Below, one piece after another: positions 41,403 through 54,497 of a stretch of DNA of 64,000 nt. Source of the DNA: Podarcis melisellensis (Eukaryota); assembly GCA_964234715.1 (NCBI GenBank), contig OZ174278.1. One strand, 5' to 3'. Position 1 is the first letter of the stretch; each line of letters begins with the position of its first letter. Below the pieces are notes generated by a model that was not told the DNA's origin, searched no databases, and was given only the letters and a program-made list of their open reading frames with translations. A program made the position numbers and the translations under genes.

Positions 41403-42898
41403 AACAAATTTACAGCCATTGGGATCTGTGTCGTTTAGGGTGATAGCCAACTGTGGTGTCCTATTTGTGCAGCAGGCATCTCCATACACAAATAGGACAT
41501 GCTTCCTTCCCCTCTACAGCTCCCCCACACCCCAAAATCTGCTTCAGAGGGTTGGAGTAGATGGACACAGCAGGGAGAGGAAAGGATGAGGAATTCCTCT
41601 CTGAAGGTAGTCCTGTTCAGGGAAGCTTTTAATGTCTGACATTTTATTATTATTTTATATTTTGCTGGAAGCAGCTCAGAGTATAAACAATTATTATTAT
41701 TATTATTATTAATCCATTATATCTGCTATCGTGACATTGGATCTCACTCTTCGTTTTGAGACCACATGATATCAGTATTAAATGAAGCATTTCTGTCATG
41801 AAAAGGTTCTAATACAAAACTATAACATCACCAATAATTAAAGAAGAAGAATCTATTGACGTCTGTGGAAAAAAAATCCATGTTTGGAATAGTAACATTA
41901 GCTATAGATAAGATTCTCTGGTCTATCCATAAAATCACTGCAATACAGCTTTTCCCTGCGTCAGCTGTTTTCAACACTTCAAAATGAATTTCATATGGAC
42001 CAAAGTGCTACTCTTCTTGCTCAAGATGAAAACTCATTAGCAAATGCTCTGCCAGCTGCATCTATAACTATCACTATTACATATATAGGTTTCTTTTCTG
42101 CTGCTTTTATTATTTGAAATGCATTTAAAAATTGGATTTGCTCATTAACACTTTAATTTTTCATGTTAAACCTAATAGGGGAGGGCTAAAAAAAATCACA
42201 TAATCAACAAAAATGTATTATGCCACCAAAATTATTGCACTCTTTATTTATTTTGTTGATATAAGTTACCGAGTTCATTTAATATATGCATTTCATCCTT
42301 CTGTGCCGTTGCTGCAACGTCTCTGTTTTGTAGGTTTTTCAGGAATAGAAAAACCTCAGCTTCTGACTTATTCCTAATGCCTGCCTTTTATGACTTACAC
42401 ACACCCAACAAAGAAGCTGAAAACTAACATTTCGTCAGAAGTCTTATTAAAGCACAGTATTGCCTATTCAGCTTTTCCTTTTAAGCTATGTTTATTTCCC
42501 ATTAGACGATTTATTATTTTACAACTCCTTTGTTGTGCATAAAGAGATAAGTTTGTAAACATGGAATTTTCACCTCATTTATTTTGATTTCTTAAACATC
42601 ACAAACGACTTGATTCTGTATTTCCATTAACTGACTGTCCTGAAACTTTACCAGAGTGCCCCACAGTTACCCTCTGTAGTTAATCTTATGAGAATTATCA
42701 ACACAGATTATTACTCCACCAAGTAAAAAAGCAACACGTTCAACTTTCTTGAACTTGAATAATCATAACATATGTTGATTTTTTTGGTAAGCCTCATAGG
42801 TGCATATTGTTTCACGCTGGATGTGCCAAGTCAGATTGTTAGGTCATCTATCCCTGTATACCCTTTGTTGAGCGGCAGCAAGTCTCTAAGATCTATAG

Positions 42899-43034
42899 CA
42901 GGCATAGGCAAACTTGGCAATCCAGATGTTTTGGGACTACAGCTCCCATCATCCCTGACCGTTGGTCCTGTTAGCTAGGGATCATGGGAGTTGCAGTCCC
43001 AAAACATCTGGAGGGCCGAGTATGCCTATGCCTG
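42899..43034. mobile_element. 136-bp palindromic hAT MITE, copy 4
   Basis: CAGGCATAGGCA...TGCCTATGCCTG. Perfect TSD ATCTATAG (42891-42898, 43035-43042). Confidence 0.95.
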
Positions 43035-45306
43035 ATCTATAGCTTATGTCCTTTCCCGCCCTGCTATCTGGAATGCTTTGACTGAAGGTTCTTGGACTGA
43101 ACCTAGGACCTTCTGCCTAGTCTTTCCTTGTCTTAGATTTAAATAATAGTTCCATGTTCATCTATACAAACTCCTCAGTCTATGACACTGTGCTAGATTT
43201 TTGCCCATCTGGGCTTCTTAGAGGAAGGTGCAGTGTTTAAATCTAATAAATAAATAAATAAGCAGGATTTTCTTTTAATGGGATAGTTTGTAATAGATTA
43301 TCTGTGCAGATATAGAAAGGCAGAAAATAAACAATTTTGCCATTGTTTATTCCCTATGCCTTAGAAAGATTCTGTAGATAAATTTTGACTTGGACATATA
43401 AATATCAGAACAGAAGATGCATTTAATACCTCATTATTTAAATGGTTGCAGAACACTAAAGCTTACAGAAGTGTTTAACTTTTTCCTAACCAGTTGACTT
43501 ATTCTTTCTTAATTTATACTTTATTAAAAATTTCAACGCATAACAGAGGGGAAAAAAGTTTGTCTCTCAAACTCAGGCTGACTTCTAAGAATTTGTGGCA
43601 ATGCATAGAGAGATTTTTGTTCTAAGTGTTGAAGAGTGTAATTTGTTTTTCATATAAGCTGATCAACTAATAAGTATTTCTGAAGTTTTTAGAGTAAAAC
43701 TAAGCAAACGTCTATCATTAATAATAGATCATTCAGTTTGGGTCCAACTAATTAAACAGCATTGCATTTGGTGTCTATATCAATTTCAGAGCTGAGCTGA
43801 CAACTGAAAGTCAGCAAAAGAATGAACGATATAGGTCTTTTGTTATTGTACTTGAAAATGATGGTGTGCTGGGCTTCTTGTGCTTAATTTGTTGCTTATT
43901 TTATGTCACCCTGTTATATTGCAGGGTCTAATGTAACATCAAACTATTTGTATAATTCATTTTTAATAAGTGTGTATTAAAAACATCACAGAAATGCTGG
44001 AATTTAATAATTTATGTGATTGAGACTTCTAAACATTAAGGCATAATGAATTCATAAGAAGACAGCAAGCGATAAAGTCTGCTCTGTTCCCTAGTGCACT
44101 TAATATATGTTTCTGCCACTCCCACATGGCAGCCAATGGAAATCTTCAATTAAAAGTACATTTAGCCTGCAATCTTATACACACTTATTGGGGAATAAGA
44201 TATAGTGAGGTTAATTACTTCTGAGTAAACATGCATAGATTGTGCTGTTAGAATTGTACTGAGAAGCCTTAGTAGGCAACTAACAGTGCAATTGAATGCA
44301 TGTCCACTAAAAAGTAAGCCAGGAAGACTTGACGGGATCTCTTCCCAGTTAAGAGTGTATTAAGCTCCTGGAAGTCCTGGAATCTTGCGCCACTTGGAGA
44401 TTGGGATGGGACACTACAATACTGACAGCATTTGGAATAAATGCCTATTAAAGCAAGACAGAGATTTCAGAAATAAGTTTCTTGCCTTTAATCTCCTTGC
44501 CAGTTCAGGAGGCTTGGTAAATGTTTTCAGCATTCCAGCTTCTATGTGCTCAATAGCAGGTGCTGTTTTTCTTCCTACGCGTAGAAGGGGAGAGGGTAGT
44601 TTGTTTATCACTAAAGCATGTTACTCTGACAAAAAGCAAATCTTTCAAATGGCATAATCTATACTTAGAGCCAAAGTGCAAGCAACAAATCAATCACATC
44701 TTCATTTGCAAGATACATTGATAGAAGATTTTAGCTGTGCTTCTTTACATGCTTTTGAAAATTAATTGAAGTTCTATTCAAAGAGGAGGCATAAGCTGAC
44801 AATGTATCTAAGACTTTGCTAGAGCTTAACTCTCTGTCTGTTTGATCTTTAGCCTGCAAAAAGTCAGAAATCAGCCATGTGCTCTCATCAAAAAACCTAG
44901 AGTCAGAGTAAGGCAAAGCATTCCACTACATTTTAAAAAAATATATGCTTGGCCTACGAGAAGTCCAGGTTGGAAATATATTTATGGAGTTGCTCATTGT
45001 ACAGCAGAGCACATTATGAACTTGGATTGAGTCCACATTTCAGTAAGTAATCTAAAATTCCAGAAACAGACATAGGTCAATAAGTGCAAAACTTTCTCGT
45101 GGCTCTACTGCTTTTTGGTACTATTGAAAATTATCCAAAAGACAATTCCTTTTATTTGTCATCCATTGTGATTTGGATTCAGCTATCATTAGCAGGATGT
45201 AGGTGCAACCATAGTATCTGATTCAGGTTGGTGGTTCACCTATTGTAAAATTGACAAATGACTAGGTAAGCCTTGACAATATCGATAGCAACACTTGCCT
45301 TTCTCT

Positions 45307-45731
45307 CTCACTTTTTTTGTTACTCATTTTTTAAATTAATTTATTATTATTATTAATTGACATCCATACACAATCTTAGGTACATGTACAGCCTTAAATA
45401 ATTATACCATTAAATTTTGATTTAAACTTGCATTTGTACATGCTCTTTTCTTATAATTTCTAACTAAACAAAAATAAACCAAAATAAAAATCAGATAAAC
45501 TAAATTATATGAAAACAGACTTCCCATCATTTCCCAACGTAAGTTACATTTACAACATTGAATGTACTTATACTTCTTACCTTACTCTTACTATAGTTTC
45601 TAGTACTTTCTTATAACATATCGTACCGTTTTGCCTTGCTGAGTAGTATTTAATTTACATAAGGGTCATTCAAACGCTGCCATAGATGTTATGTCGTTGT
45701 TATATTTTTGTAGGTATTTCTTAAACATATC
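45307..45731 (-). mobile_element. 5'-truncated L1-like LINE 3' end
   Basis: 15-bp TSD CACTTGCCTTTCTCT at 45292-45306 and 45732-45746. The minus strand ends ORF-like DMFKKYLQKYNNDITSMAAFE*, then an AT-rich UTR and A-rich tail. Confidence 0.8.
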
Positions 45732-46639
45732 CACTTGCCTTTCTCTGTGAATTGTTCATTGCACTGGAGCTAATGTGTATATTCCATCTTCTTATAGCAG
45801 TGAAATAACAATCAGTAGATATTTGCTAGATTAAGTGCTAGATAACAAGAGCTTTAGTGGCAATTCTAAATGAGTGTCACAGTTTGATAATCCTCAAGCC
45901 TGATCAGTATCTATGATAGTGACTGCAGAATTCAACTCATGAATCAGTTTTCCTTGTGCTCAGCTTCACCTACATTCTCACTTTCAGTAACCTGTATATG
46001 AAATAGATGGTTCCAGAATAATGGAACATTTATGTAGCCACTTAATTCACCCATGTTCCCTAGTAGCATGGAATTGCATCACAGAGAAGCAGATTTCAAT
46101 ATGTAAGTGAAGATGGCCCATGTCAACTCAGTGCACCATTGCTCAAATTAAACTTGCATTAATGACCACATATTTTCATTGAAATATATCTTTCTTCCTT
46201 ATCCCATCTAAAGAAAACTAGATAATATCATTCACTAGTAAAAAAAATTCCTACTGTTGTAACATAAAATTATTACGTACGAAACAGTCTCTGTATCTTC
46301 TGACTTTCTTTTCAGGAGCCCATCAGTGAGTGTGTTTTCATGGTATCAGAATTCTCCCTATCTTGAGGAACTAGTTGATAGCAGACATATTTCAGGAAGA
46401 GAAAGAGAGGAGGAGGGGACAGTAATAGGGGGCTTTCCATCCGTTTCAATAGGAACATTTTTATTTCTATTACCTTTTGCAGCCAGAATATTATCCAGAT
46501 AGCAGCTCCTGATTGAGCACAGGTTTGTGATTAGGGCCTTGCCATGTTCTCAGCTGTACTCAAAGTTCTTGCCAGTGTTGAATGGGCAGTTGAGCTCTCT
46601 TACCAATATCTGTAATTAAACAGGGAGGGAAACTATTAA

Positions 46640-46777
46640 TGGCTACTTCCACTACAGAAGACAGTATGCCTCTGAATCCGAGTCGCAAAGCGACTACTGT
46701 GGTTTGCTACTGTGAGGACAGAATGGTTGACTTGATGGGCCCCTGGCCTGATCTAGCAGGATTCTTATCTTCTTAGA
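46640..46777 (+). mobile_element. CR1-type 3' end remnant
   Basis: gacttgatgggcccctggcctgatctagcagg...cttatcttctta, a typical CR1 3' terminus. Confidence 0.6.
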
Positions 46778-48482
46778 ACTAAACACATGATGGGTAACTG
46801 ATTATAACTCCTAGCTTCCTACCTTAGTCTCATGTATCCTGCCCACCCTGCCCTCGACACTCAAATATTTGCAATGGGGACATCTACATGTGGGATTTTT
46901 AATTGTTTGGGAACTTATGCAAGTGCATCCCAAATGAGTGTTTCCCCTTTGCAGCTTTCTGCAGTTAAGATGTGAATATTGTGGGGGCAGGGAAGGGCAG
47001 CAAGACATGTAATGTCAGAGACAGGAGACCTTTTCGCTTTACTCCACATACAGAGATCATATCTGCAGAGGGTCTGTGCTTTGTCTTGCATATAGCCAGA
47101 CATCAGCACTGCCTTATAAGTTGGCATACTGTTGTTTTACAGCTGTGTCTGAAAGGTAAAAAGGAGTAAAGTGGAAAAAAATGTTAGCAAATAGCTGAAT
47201 TCAGCATTGAATCACTAGCATTACGTATGGTACAGAGTAGGATATTCAATCAGACCATTTTACAAGCAATTGATATTCTCTATAGCCTGTGCATAATGCT
47301 GTCTAGAGAGTTAGATGGATGTTAACATTTCATTACTCCTGCCATTGATTTCTCCCTACTTTCTTCACAACAAACATCAAAATGTGACCTCTTATTCCAC
47401 TGAATTAGTTCCAGAGCACTTGGCATTATTGACCCCTTAATGAAAATTAATGGTGGCTTCTTTCATTCAATCTTATAAGTAAGCAAACAGAATGCATATA
47501 TTGAAAAGAGTACATTTATTTCCCATTGGAAAAGAAATAATATTATATTCAAAACAAAAGCTCACCTTAATGCAATGAACTGGGTTCATTGAAACAGAAA
47601 TAAAAAGGATGGCTTTCATTGCAGTCTCCATTATCTTTTTACATATACATACTTGCATCCACCAGATTTGTTTTCAAATGAATGTTAAAAGTGGGGTGGG
47701 GAGGGCTGATCTGTTACTTCTCAAACAAATTCTTCTCACTCACATTATTTGCAAAACTTTGCATTTATAATTTCAGTTTTTCCAACAATCCCAATTCTGA
47801 ATGTTTTATTATATTTCTTAAAATGGGCAAGTTGAGCCATAGAATTTCAGTTAAATTTATTAGCAAAGGGATGATCTAGTCTCCTTCCCCTTCCCCTATT
47901 CGCTGTATTACTTGAGTTCCCTGCCACCATCCCTATTCCCATTGACAGTAGTGCCACACGCAGGTATTTGTTCTTGTGGGAGAAAGGCATACACCTATGC
48001 TGCATGCAAGAGAGATGTCAAATCAGGGCCATGCTGGCTAAAAAGAGCTCCTTCTGAAAGCAAATTTCGAAACTTTATATTTGAATCCTGAAATCCTAAT
48101 GAAGATACTAATTTTGAATCCGACAATGATTTGAACAGTAGAGCATATAATACTGAAACAATTTTTTTCCAAAATGGGTTCTCGAAATCCAGAAATCTGC
48201 CTCTTTTTTCTGCTTATTGCATGCTAGTGAACAAATCAATACTGTACGTGATTACTTTTGAACTTTCACTATATGCACATCCGTCCTCCTAAGTTTTCAG
48301 TAACTGAAAACATGAACCGTGATCCAGTGATGGGCCTGTACTTTTTGTCACACAACTGTGTACACACCATACGTGTTAGGAATATTGAAAGCACATGACT
48401 TCCTCCAAAGGAACTCACAGATACAATTCCCAGCACCCTTAACAGACTACAGCTCCAGAAGCCATGTGATTTAAACCTATAG

Positions 48483-48869
<387 letters not shown>

Positions 48870-50159
48870 TAAGATATATATATAATGCAGTATTGTTTCA
48901 ATGCTGTCTCATAAAAAACTGTAGTAAAGTCTAGCAGTAATACTACCAGTTGCAAATATTAGATTCAATGTATTCTCTTTAGCTAAAACAAAGAAGAAAA
49001 TGAATGTCCATTACACGCAAACCCAATATCTGTGATCCAGGAACTTGATATGTAAAATGTATCCAAAAATTGAGGATACAAAATAAAATTATTCAAAGTT
49101 ACAACATATTGTGAAAAATATCACTTAACAATAAGACCAGGATGAAAGTTGTCTGTAAACTGTTCAGAAGTGCCCTGAAAATGCCTCTCAGGTCACCTTT
49201 TTGCAATGCGCCTGTTTCACAGTGCTTCTCCTCCTTGTAGCTGTGATCTTCACCATTATCACCACCACCTCAAAGTCCCCCAAAACGAGGGCTGGAAATA
49301 TCTTCCTCACCCTGGCTTCAGATGATATAGTATTATTCCTAATAAAATCAAGAGTAAGAACAACATTCCTGTTCTGACTCTAAGAGACTTCTTGTCAAAC
49401 AAAATGGTGCCTATGAGCCACCAGAACATCGCTAGTAATTTCTGGTGGATTTTTACCCTTTACCCTAAATACCACTGAAATGCTTTCAACTTTGCCTTCT
49501 GCAAATGGGACAATGGAGCGGGTTCAACTCAACCAAAAATTGTAGAACATCTGGCACTCAGTCCAAACCTGCCATGAATGCAGTGCCATGAACAGAGGAA
49601 TCCCCATGGTGTATAACAGCACCCAGTTGTATACACACACACACACACACAAATATAGCAGGCTAACATGACACTTGCCTCATTAGTCCATTATTGAAAA
49701 TAGGAAGGGCTTTTTTCTTGTTGACCTTTTTTTAGGGCGGATCACCCACCGTCGCCAGGGAGTACCGGCTGAAGAAAACCCTGGGAATAGGGAATTTATG
49801 CATGCCTCTGATATCTTTGTCTAATTCATCTCCTGATTCAAATAAGGTGAATTACAATCCTTGGAAGAGTAATAAGGTGTACATACTCCTTCCATTGTAC
49901 CTTAACTACTTGACACAGTTCCTGCATGGAGAGAAAGAGTGGGGCAAAGGAAGGCTTCATTATGCCCTGCCTGTACAAGAATAACCTCTGAATTAATATG
50001 CAGACAGCACATAACTTTGTGGAATTCCTAAATGACACAATATTATGTCTCTAAATAATGGAACATTGAATTGTTTTGAACTGTGAAAAAGTAGGTTCAG
50101 GAAATTTAAGAACTCAGCTTTTACAACAACAGCTACTGCAGAAATGTTCTATTTGTCAG

Positions 50160-50495
50160 TGTTTGTAAAAAGCAAAAAAAAAAGAAGGAAAGGGTTCTGA
50201 CCTCCCTTTGTCTCTTCAGCCTGGTCCTTGGACTCTTGTCTGCATAAAAGAGTCCACGAGAATATCCTTGCAGAGTTTTATTCTTAAAAGTCTTTGTGCA
50301 AAACACGACTGAATAACACACCAGCACCAACCAACCAACCCAAACACCAGCCTCAGCACAAACTAACATTTCTCACTTTATATATACAACCTGCTGCAGG
50401 TCGCTGAGTCATGCTGACCCGGCTTTATTCGCATTAAACAGCGGCCATTTTAGCCGTGACACTATTGGGTTGAATTTTTGAATCAGCCTTAAACA
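50160..50495 (-). mobile_element. Solo-LTR-like element (antisense to IL1RAPL1)
   Basis: TGTTT...AAACA ends. On the minus strand, in order: AP-1 TGA(C/G)TCA (50405-50411), TATATATAAAG (50376-50386), AATAAA (50277-50282). No clean TSD. Confidence 0.55.
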
Positions 50496-50506
50496 TAGTT
50501 TATGTG

Positions 50507-51790
50507 GGAAAACAGGAATTTTGTCTTACTGTGAATTTCTATTTGCAGATTAGGCTGGAGGACATTCCTCTGATAGGGATGGCACCTCCCACTGGATGTG
50601 ACAGGCAGGTCTCCTGCCTCCTCTTTAGGGGCAGGAGTCATCCCACTCACCAGATCAACTGAGAGAGAGCAAAGATGACCCCTCATCCTATGATAGTCAC
50701 TGATGCCCACAAGAGACCTGAAACAAAACCTTCAACAGGCATACTGACCATCCTCAGACAGGATAACACATTGAAGTAACAAGTTCCTGGTCCCAAGGAA
50801 AGAGGGTAATAGAAAGCTCTAATATATCTGGGTGAGCACAGATGCCCTAAGCCTACTACACCCACCAAACAGTGCAGAAGAAGGAGAGGTGCGCAGAATA
50901 CCCTCCATCCTAATAGGAAGATTCCAATTCATGGCATTTCAAGTTAGCATGTTTTGGCAGATCAGGATGGAGAACATTTCTTGGAAAGGGATATAGTAGA
51001 GCAATAAACATACTCAGGGAAGGCTTCCCCTGCACCACTGTAACACATCACCACTTTCTGCAGGGCCTTCCTATCAAATGCCACATCAGCAGAACAGAAC
51101 ACATCTACCTTTGAGTGTCTAGTGAAGGTGTGGGAAGCCCATATGGCCACCTTAAAAATGTCAACCATTGGAAAACCACAATGACATGCAGCAGAATGGG
51201 TGCATAGGCTTCACAATCAGCCACGAGATCTGGGTAACCACTGCTATCTTCTTCAAGGGGGTTGTTCCACGACGGATCATCACAAATGTGAAGAGGAAGG
51301 GGGACGGAAAACAATGAATGATGAAGAAGAAAACTATTGCCTCACAGCAGGAATCAAAAGGAGAACAGGGAGCAGAGGAAACACACTCAGCCAACACAAA
51401 TAGAGGCAAAGGGTTTAGAAAAAGTTGGAAAATGCACACTAAATAGTCAGAAGACTTTATACAGACCACCTCCTGTACATCCTACAGATAGGGTTAGTCT
51501 GGTGTGTGGGATGGCTCCTACTGAGGCCCGTGCAGAGAAGGGGACAGCCAGGTAATTGCCCAGGGCTTTGGAATGCTAAGCTAGCTGGGGGGCCCTGCCA
51601 GGGACTGGCTGCTTTTTTATTTGAGTTCATAACTTTATTCTAACAAGGCTCCTGTCCCAGCCCTCAGACAAGCTCTGCATGGGCCTGGGCATGCTCCTAC
51701 CTCTGAAGAGGAAGCAGAAAATTTGGTTGGACCTTGCCTGTCACATCTAGTGAGAGGTGTCAACCCTATCCATGTCCTCCATGCTGATTT
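50507..51790 (-). mobile_element. DIRS-type (tyrosine recombinase) retroelement relic
   Basis: ORF 50962-51168 DIFKVAIWASHTFTRHSKVDVFCSADVAFDRKALQ resembles the DIRS YR C-terminus (ICKAATW.S.HTFTRHY..D...S.D..FGR.VLQ). An approximately 50-bp inverted repeat joins 50556-50611 and 51730-51781. Confidence 0.75.
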
Positions 51791-52331
51791 GGCAGATTAC
51801 CACCCCTTGTCTCCCACCATCCAATGCTCTGTTGGATTGCTACCAAAAATCCATGAGCTCTATTCCTTCTCCAGGGAACAGGAAAGGAGCCACATTATTA
51901 AACATAATGGAATACACTGTTACCTTGCAGAAAGCCTCCATTGTGGAGGATGGGGCCAAGTCTTTGTCTTTCTCGTTTATAAGAACTATCCAAACTTGGA
52001 TGACCCAGTTACAGACCAGATTTTATCCTTTTCAGCCTTACTAGAAACAAGATATCTGCACAAAATTGTTATTAGAACTTCTTCCCTTTTTAAAGAAAGG
52101 AGTCTGGTTCCAAGTGAAACAAATGAAAGCTATGTTAGTATTTGAGTTGAATGCGCAGAAGAAAATGAACTGAATAAAGAAACCCAGTTTGAGGAGCACA
52201 CTTTACCCTGGACACAATTACACTGAGACTCTAGGTTTAGGAAAGTAAGAAAGCTAGCATTTATTATTGGAAATGCATTTTTGAAAGGAAATATTCTAAT
52301 TCTTTTTTCCCCCTGTAAGTTTTATTAAAGG

Positions 52332-53227
52332 TAATAATAATAATAATTTTTATTTATACCCCGCCCTCCCCAGCCAAGGCCGGGCTCAGAGCGGCTTACA
52401 AGCAATAATAAAAACAAGTTGAATGATTACAACTTAAAAACAAAATTAAAATACATTAAAATATTGAAACATTAAAATATTAAAATATAGCCTCATCTCA
52501 GGAGGAGAAGTAAGGAAAAAAGAAAGAGAGGGAGGGAATCAAATTGGCTCCAAGCCAAAGGCCAGGCGGAACAACTCTGTCCTACAGGCTCTGCGGAAAG
52601 AAATCAGATCCTGCAGGGCCCCGGTCTCATGAGGCAGAGCGTTCTACCAGCCCGGAGCCAGAGTTGAAAAGGCCCTGGCTCTGGTTGAAGCCAATCTAAC
52701 TTCCTTAGGCCCGGGACCACTAGGGTGTTGCTATTTATGGACCTCCGTGGAGCATACCGGGAGAGGCGGTCCTGTAGGTACGAGGGTCCTAGGCCGTGAA
52801 GGGCTTTAAAGGTCAAAAGCAGCACCTTAAATCTGACCTTGTACTCTACCGGGAGCCAGTGCAGTTTGAAAAGAACTGGGTGAATATGCTCCCATGGCAG
52901 AGACCCCATGAGGAGCCTCGCTGCAGCATTCTGCACCCTCTGGAGTTTCTGGGTCAGCTTCAAGGGCAGCCCCGCATAGAGCGAATTACAGTAGTCAAGC
53001 CTGGAGATGATCGTCGCATGGATCACTGTGGCCAGGTCAGGGCGGGAAAGGTAAGGGACCAACTGCTTGATGTGGCGAAGGTGGAAAAATGTCGCCTTGG
53101 CTGTTGCTGTAACTTGCGCCTCCATGGAAAGGGAGGCGTCAAAGATTACACCCAAACTCTTAACGGAAGGCAATGGCACTAATTGGGCCCCCGCAAGAGA
53201 AGGGAGTTGGTCCCTCATCCCCATGCC
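52332..53227 (-). mobile_element. 5'-truncated young L2-clade LINE (RT thumb / C-terminus)
   Basis: ORF 52604-53224 VKSLGVIFDASLSM...ISRLDYCNSLYAGLP...KLQRVQNAAARLL...LHWLPV. (TTA)n tail. TSD TATTAAAGG at 52323-52331 and 53228-53236. Confidence 0.95.
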
Positions 53228-53235
53228 TATTAAAG

Positions 53236-53236
<1 letters not shown>

Positions 53237-53288
<52 letters not shown>
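53237..53288. repeat. (AAT)~17 microsatellite
   Basis: Read directly. Explains the poly-Ile ORF at 53067-53303. Confidence 0.97.
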
Positions 53289-53699
53289 GTTTCATCTAGC
53301 TAAGGTGGAGATGCACTGAGCCATGCTTGCATTTGCATCTCAACTGAAGGAAGCGCCCTGTATGTCTGCTCTTATGAGGGAGGCAAAGAGAAAAGGAAGG
53401 TGAGTAGGAGGTGTGGTCAGCAACCCTAATATCATCAGTCTAACATTTAAGGAAGATCAACAGCTCAACACTAGAAGAACACTCTAGGAAGTATGAAGGT
53501 TCCTCTCTCTTTCCACCCTTTCTCATGCTGATACATCAGCCTACTGTACAAGCCAAGTTGCACTCTGCAACAGGGGTATTCCTTTCTTCGTTCCTAGAAT
53601 GAAGAATGGGAACTTACTTGAGAGGAATTCTTATTTACCACACATGACTGACCAAATGGTTATTTGTAAATCTGCACTGAATGTTTGCATGATGCATAA

Positions 53700-54497
<798 letters not shown>

